A program made the translations under genes and the position numbers. Of a stretch of DNA of 27,445 bases, positions 23,859 to 27,445 are shown piece after piece. Origin of the DNA: an uncultured Candidatus Bathyarchaeia archaeon (lineage in GTDB: Archaea > Thermoproteota > Bathyarchaeia > Bathyarchaeales > Bathyarchaeaceae); contig CAYLSJ010000003.1 in NCBI GenBank assembly GCA_964386655.1, forward strand, positions 1-27,445, read 5' to 3'. Positions within the stretch are counted from its first letter, which is position 1; the number at the start of each line of letters is the position of its first letter. The notes below the pieces were generated by a model. It ran no database searches. It saw only the letters and a program-made list of their open reading frames with translations, and was not told the DNA's origin.

Positions 23859-24965
23859 ATGTTTCGGAAACTTACCTTAATCTGCGTCTTGTTACTGGCA
23901 GTAACACTATTGTTTAACGTAGGAGTCCAGGTGTGTATAAGCCAAGTCCCGAGAAATATCATGGTTTCTTTCGACGCTAAACTTGACGTATTCAGCCCTC
24001 AGCCTCCGCTGGACATATCTGTATGGTTCGAAGCTGAGGTTCTCTACGACGGTGAGCCAACGCATCCGACGCTGCCCGCAAACACAGTGACGTTGCAACT
24101 GCTAGTCAACGGTTCACTCGTGAATTCCTACCTGTATCCATACTCGTTACCAGTTGGTTCAAAATTCACTTACACTTACAAATGGGTTCCCACGGCGGAG
24201 GGTAAGTATAATCTTACGGCCTACGTGCCTCCACTGGCTTGGGAGACAATACGGGATGATAACGTTGAATGGGACGTTGTGCCAATATTCGAGCCGATTG
24301 TGAACCCTCGTGTTTATGTTGATCCGCCAAGCATTACGGTATACAAGGGCGAAATCTTCACAGCTAGAGTAAATATTGCCAATCTCTCTGACCTTTACGT
24401 TCGCGACCAGACCATGTACGATATTCCTCTTGGAAATTTCTACGGCGCTGATTTCTACTTCTATTACGACTCTTCAAAATTAGCTGTTCTTGATTTCACT
24501 ATGCCTATCTGGTGGATTTTTGCGGACAATTCAACCGCTGGAACCTTCTATGTCCTGGGAACATCGTATCCTCCTGAGCCACCATTGAACAACTATCCTT
24601 ATCCTGGAAGCACCACTGTTTTAGAGATAACGTTCAGGGCAACCGCTACAGGAATTGTTTCTCTAAGCCTTCCCATCGGAAACATGATGCTTGTAGATAA
24701 AGACGGAAGATACATCGGAAGAGACGCAATATGGGAACCAACCTATCTGTCTGCTACCTATGGATCTGTGAGGATTAAGATAGTAGGCGATGTGAACGGC
24801 GATGGCATCGTAGATTTCCGTGATCTGTATGCACTCGGTAGAGCTTATGGAAGTGTGTCAGGCTCAGGGGACAACTGGAACAGAGAATGCGACTTTAACA
24901 GAGACAACAAAGTGGATTATCTTGATCTATCAGCCTTACTTAAGAACTACGGCAAAACAGAGTAA
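23859..24965 (+). CDS. Secreted protein: signal - CARDB/Ig-like - cohesin-like - dockerin
   Basis: Cohesin-like domain at about 24303-24780 (VYVDPPSIT..GEIFTARVNIANL..IPLGNFYGADFYFYYDSSKL..VLEITFRA). Dockerin from 24786 has two intact Ca loops, DVNGDGIVDFRD and DFNRDNKVDYLD. Confidence 0.85.
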   Translation: MFRKLTLICVLLLAVTLLFNVGVQVCISQVPRNIMVSFDAKLDVFSPQPPLDISVWFEAEVLYDGEPTHPTLPANTVTLQLLVNGSLVNSYLYPYSLPVGSKFTYTYKWVPTAEGKYNLTAYVPPLAWETIRDDNVEWDVVPIFEPIVNPRVYVDPPSITVYKGEIFTARVNIANLSDLYVRDQTMYDIPLGNFYGADFYFYYDSSKLAVLDFTMPIWWIFADNSTAGTFYVLGTSYPPEPPLNNYPYPGSTTVLEITFRATATGIVSLSLPIGNMMLVDKDGRYIGRDAIWEPTYLSATYGSVRIKIVGDVNGDGIVDFRDLYALGRAYGSVSGSGDNWNRECDFNRDNKVDYLDLSALLKNYGKTE

Positions 24966-24973
24966 CACCACAG

Positions 24974-24984
24974 TTCCTCTTTTT
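24974..24984 (+). terminator. Oligo-T candidate terminator
   Basis: TTCCTCTTTTT, the same context as after the SBP gene. Confidence 0.45.
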
Positions 24985-25084
24985 CTAATATAATCCTTAG
25001 ATTGATAAGTAGAAAAATGCAGCTTACATGGGATACTGAGTAAAGCTTAGGCTTAAGAAACGAATCGATCAGAATCAGCCAAAT

Positions 25085-25216
25085 CTATAGAGCAATCTTT
25101 CTGCTGTCGAGGCCCCTTGTAAAATACCCAAACTCGTTTCCAACTTCTCTTAACTGTTCTGCTGTAAAAACTGGTCCATCTTTGCAAACACGATATCTAC
25201 CTACGACACATGTTCC
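25085..25216 (-). pseudogene. pyrK: 3' remnant of a PyrK-like (dihydroorotate dehydrogenase electron-transfer subunit / hydrogenase gamma family) gene
   Basis: Minus frame GTCVVGRYRVCKDGPVFTAEQLREVGNEFGYFTRGLDSRKIAL*. CKDGPVF is the hallmark of the DHODB Fe-S domain. The upstream Cys ligands and FAD/NAD domains are absent. This remnant is not in the ORF track. Confidence 0.75.
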
Positions 25217-25221
25217 ACGAG

Positions 25222-25233
25222 TAGCGCGCGCTA
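25222..25233. repeat. (GC)n palindrome copy 3, TAGCGCGCGCTA
   Basis: Perfect 12-bp palindrome between the pyrK-like remnant and the peptidase stop codon. Confidence 0.9.
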
Positions 25234-25239
25234 TAGCAT

Positions 25240-27120
25240 CTATGGTTTCATGGCAAGCGCTTTGTAAACGAACGCCATTATGTCTGAATATTCCTTTATC
25301 TTTGTTGTTGGCGTTGCACCCGAGTGTCCACTTTTTGTTTCAACTCTCAGAAGTGGAGATGTTCCTTTCTCTTCAAGTTTTGCAGTGAACTTGAAGGCGT
25401 GTGCTGGATGAACGCGGTCATCGTGTGCCCCTGTATACAGCATCGTTTTGGGATAGCCTCTTCTAGTGATGTTGTGATACGGCGAGTACTTCAGGAGAAA
25501 CTCTCTGTCCTTTGGATTTTCCGGGTCACCATATTCCGACATCCAAGCTTTTCCGATGTGAAGTTTATGATACCTGAGCATGTCGAGCACGGGATATCCA
25601 ATCAGTGCACCGTCGAGTAGCTCAGGATGCTGGGTCAGGACTGCTCCGATTAGCAGACCGCCGTTGCTAACACCGAAACCCACAGTCTTCGACCCTTTAT
25701 TCCTGTAATATTCAAGGACCGCCATGAAATCGTCGAACACATTCTGTTTCTTCTCTCGCATTCCTTTTCTGTGCCATGCCTCACCATATTCTGTGCCTCC
25801 CCTGAGATTCGCTACTGCAAAGGTTCCACCGTTCTCTAAGAATGGAATGACATAAGAAAAGTATCTAGGCGTCAGAGAGAAAGCAAACCCACCGTACCCC
25901 CAGACTAAAACTCGGCTTGCTGTTCTGCCCTTCTTCCCAACGTTAAACACATGAATTCTGGTCGAGTCCTTCGATTTAACCCACATGTCTTTCACTTCGA
26001 AGGCACCGCGAATCTCCCTCGAGTCTACAGTTGTTAACGCATCTCTTTCCAAGCAGTAGATCCTGTAGGGGATAAGGAAAGACTCATAAATGAATACACA
26101 TTTTTCACCATCGGAATCAAGAGACCCAATAGTTCCAGCGGGCTCAGGCTTCAGTTCGCTGTGTTTTCTGCCACTTAGATCATAAGTTCTTAAGATTGAA
26201 GCTGCGTCAACTAGGTATGTGGCAGCTATTTTTTCATTTGCAATAACTGCTTCCTGCAGCGGATAAGGCTGTTCGCCAACGATTTCGTCGATCTCGCCGT
26301 TGTTGCTTAGGCCCAGTATTCGCCCCATTCCCTTCTTGTCAAATGACGTCGCATAATACTTGCCATGAACGTAGTCAATTGGCCATGTCATGAAGTCTCC
26401 TTTGCCATAAACCAGACTCCAGCCTTCGGGCTTCTTGATGTGCCCTGCGTAGATGTCGCTTCTTGTCCAACCATAAGCGACCATCAGCAGTGCTCTTGAG
26501 CTTTCTCGGCTCTTCTTAAGCGAAATGAAATAGGATGTTGGAAGACCTCGACCAAAAACTAGCTCATCTGTGCCGTTCTCTCTTAGATGAATCCTCATTG
26601 CAGGGGAAGCAACGCCGTCAGGAGTCTTGTCTTTCTGATAGAATCTTCCGTAGAGATATTTCTCTTCCTCAAGCCATACCAAGTCGCCGAACATGCCTTT
26701 CATTTCATCCAGAGTCTCTTTAGACTCTGTTTTCATTATCTTCAAGATTCCCTCATCTGAACCGCCAAGAGAATAGGTGAAAGCGAATAGATCTCCTTCT
26801 TCTGAAGCATAGAACTGCTGTATTACTGCGTCTTTGCCCAGTTCTGCGGAGTTCACTAATTCCGTGATGTCGCCCTTCTGGTGCAATAAGTTGAGCTTGA
26901 AGTTCCTGCTGTCTCGTAGAAGTACGAAGTGTCCACTAGGTCTGGTCTTCGCCATCAAAACGTAGGGAATCGCATAGCACCTCCTGATTCTGCTCTCCAG
27001 CTTCTTAGAAATCGGTGAAAGGAGCTTCCGTGTGGCATCATTCCTCTTGGAAAACCATTTCACCACTTTCGGGTCTTCAAGATTCTCCAACCACAGGTAA
27101 GGGTCATGGTCTTCAGTCAT
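25240..27120 (-). CDS. Prolyl oligopeptidase (S9A); start likely ATG 27120
   Basis: N-terminal DPYLWLE, nucleophile GVSNGGLL, Asp in HDDRVHP, His in SGHSG, NLRGGTEYGEAWH. No signal peptide. GGGGTTGA SD-like site upstream. Confidence 0.95.
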   Translation of the reverse strand: MTEDHDPYLWLENLEDPKVVKWFSKRNDATRKLLSPISKKLESRIRRCYAIPYVLMAKTRPSGHFVLLRDSRNFKLNLLHQKGDITELVNSAELGKDAVIQQFYASEEGDLFAFTYSLGGSDEGILKIMKTESKETLDEMKGMFGDLVWLEEEKYLYGRFYQKDKTPDGVASPAMRIHLRENGTDELVFGRGLPTSYFISLKKSRESSRALLMVAYGWTRSDIYAGHIKKPEGWSLVYGKGDFMTWPIDYVHGKYYATSFDKKGMGRILGLSNNGEIDEIVGEQPYPLQEAVIANEKIAATYLVDAASILRTYDLSGRKHSELKPEPAGTIGSLDSDGEKCVFIYESFLIPYRIYCLERDALTTVDSREIRGAFEVKDMWVKSKDSTRIHVFNVGKKGRTASRVLVWGYGGFAFSLTPRYFSYVIPFLENGGTFAVANLRGGTEYGEAWHRKGMREKKQNVFDDFMAVLEYYRNKGSKTVGFGVSNGGLLIGAVLTQHPELLDGALIGYPVLDMLRYHKLHIGKAWMSEYGDPENPKDREFLLKYSPYHNITRRGYPKTMLYTGAHDDRVHPAHAFKFTAKLEEKGTSPLLRVETKSGHSGATPTTKIKEYSDIMAFVYKALAMKP

Positions 27121-27219
27121 ACAGGTCAACCCCAAATCTAGGAAGCCTGAGCCTTTAAGAGTTGTTCAGGAACGTTTGCGACGCATAGTACACTTTTGGA
27201 GAGCACAAACGCGTTGTAA

Positions 27220-27231
27220 TAGCGCGCGCTA
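27220..27231. repeat. (GC)n palindrome copy 4, TAGCGCGCGCTA
   Basis: Perfect 12-bp palindrome between the GNAT stop and the peptidase promoter. A near-variant TAGCGCGGCTTA lies at 27250-27261. Confidence 0.9.
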
Positions 27232-27272
27232 AGAAAAACTGTGAAATCATAGCGCGGCTTAATCGATGCTTG

Positions 27273-27445
27273 TCATCTGGTCCACATGAGAGTCTTGTAT
27301 CGCTCTGCTTTTGAAAAACCACGTGACTCATACACGTGAATGGCAGCTCGATTCTCTACATGAACTCTTAGATACGCCTGCTTGCAGCCACTGTTCTTCA
27401 ATTGCTCCAAAGCAAACTGCACGATTTGCTTACCATAACCCTTGC
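27273..27445 (-). CDS. GNAT acetyltransferase, C-terminal part (5' end beyond the window)
   Basis: KGYGKQIVQFALEQLKNSGCKQAYLRVHVENRAAIHVYESRGFSKAERYKTLMWTR* contains the end of motif A (KGYGK) and motif B (V..EN.AAI..YE..GF). Confidence 0.85.
   Translation of the reverse strand, partial: KGYGKQIVQFALEQLKNSGCKQAYLRVHVENRAAIHVYESRGFSKAERYKTLMWTR
27338..27424 (+). repeat. Direct repeat, right copy (partner 4-90)
   Basis: 76/87 nt identical to 4-90. Confidence 0.95.

Noticed and set aside
25182-25620. Short plus-strand ORFs (68 and 98 aa) over the peptidase 3' end
   Set aside because: Antisense shadows with no SD or promoter support and no motifs.
1-27445. Integron, prophage/provirus or IS element explaining the flanking repeat
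   Set aside because: No integrase, transposase, capsid or replication gene, and no attC-like or terminal-inverted-repeat structure was found in the window.

Overview
Archaeal-looking window: BRE/TATA-like promoters, GGAG/GAGGTGA Shine-Dalgarno sites and oligo-T terminators. The protein styles suggest Bathyarchaeia, which is an inference. The gene content is a peptide-scavenging locus: two MFS transporters, three peptidases without signal peptides (S9C-like, M14, S9A prolyl oligopeptidase) and a complete family-5 (Dpp/Opp-type) ABC importer. It also holds five secreted or surface proteins built from cohesin-like, PKD, CARDB and dockerin modules. The strongest candidate new system is a non-cellulosomal cohesin-dockerin network. 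It comprises two membrane-anchored cohesin stalks, a soluble cohesin protein, a cohesin+dockerin adaptor, a dockerin-tagged 6-blade propeller, and an ABC substrate-binding protein that appears circularly permuted, has no membrane anchor and ends in a degenerate dockerin. Independently, a TA(GC)nTA palindrome occurs four times, always outside the intact genes, and two copies sit where gene remnants (GNAT, pyrK-like) are cut off. The window is bracketed by an 87-bp, 87%-identical direct repeat of a GNAT 3' region. No rRNA, tRNA, CRISPR array, integrase or transposase was seen. All domain calls come from reading motifs by eye, not from database searches.
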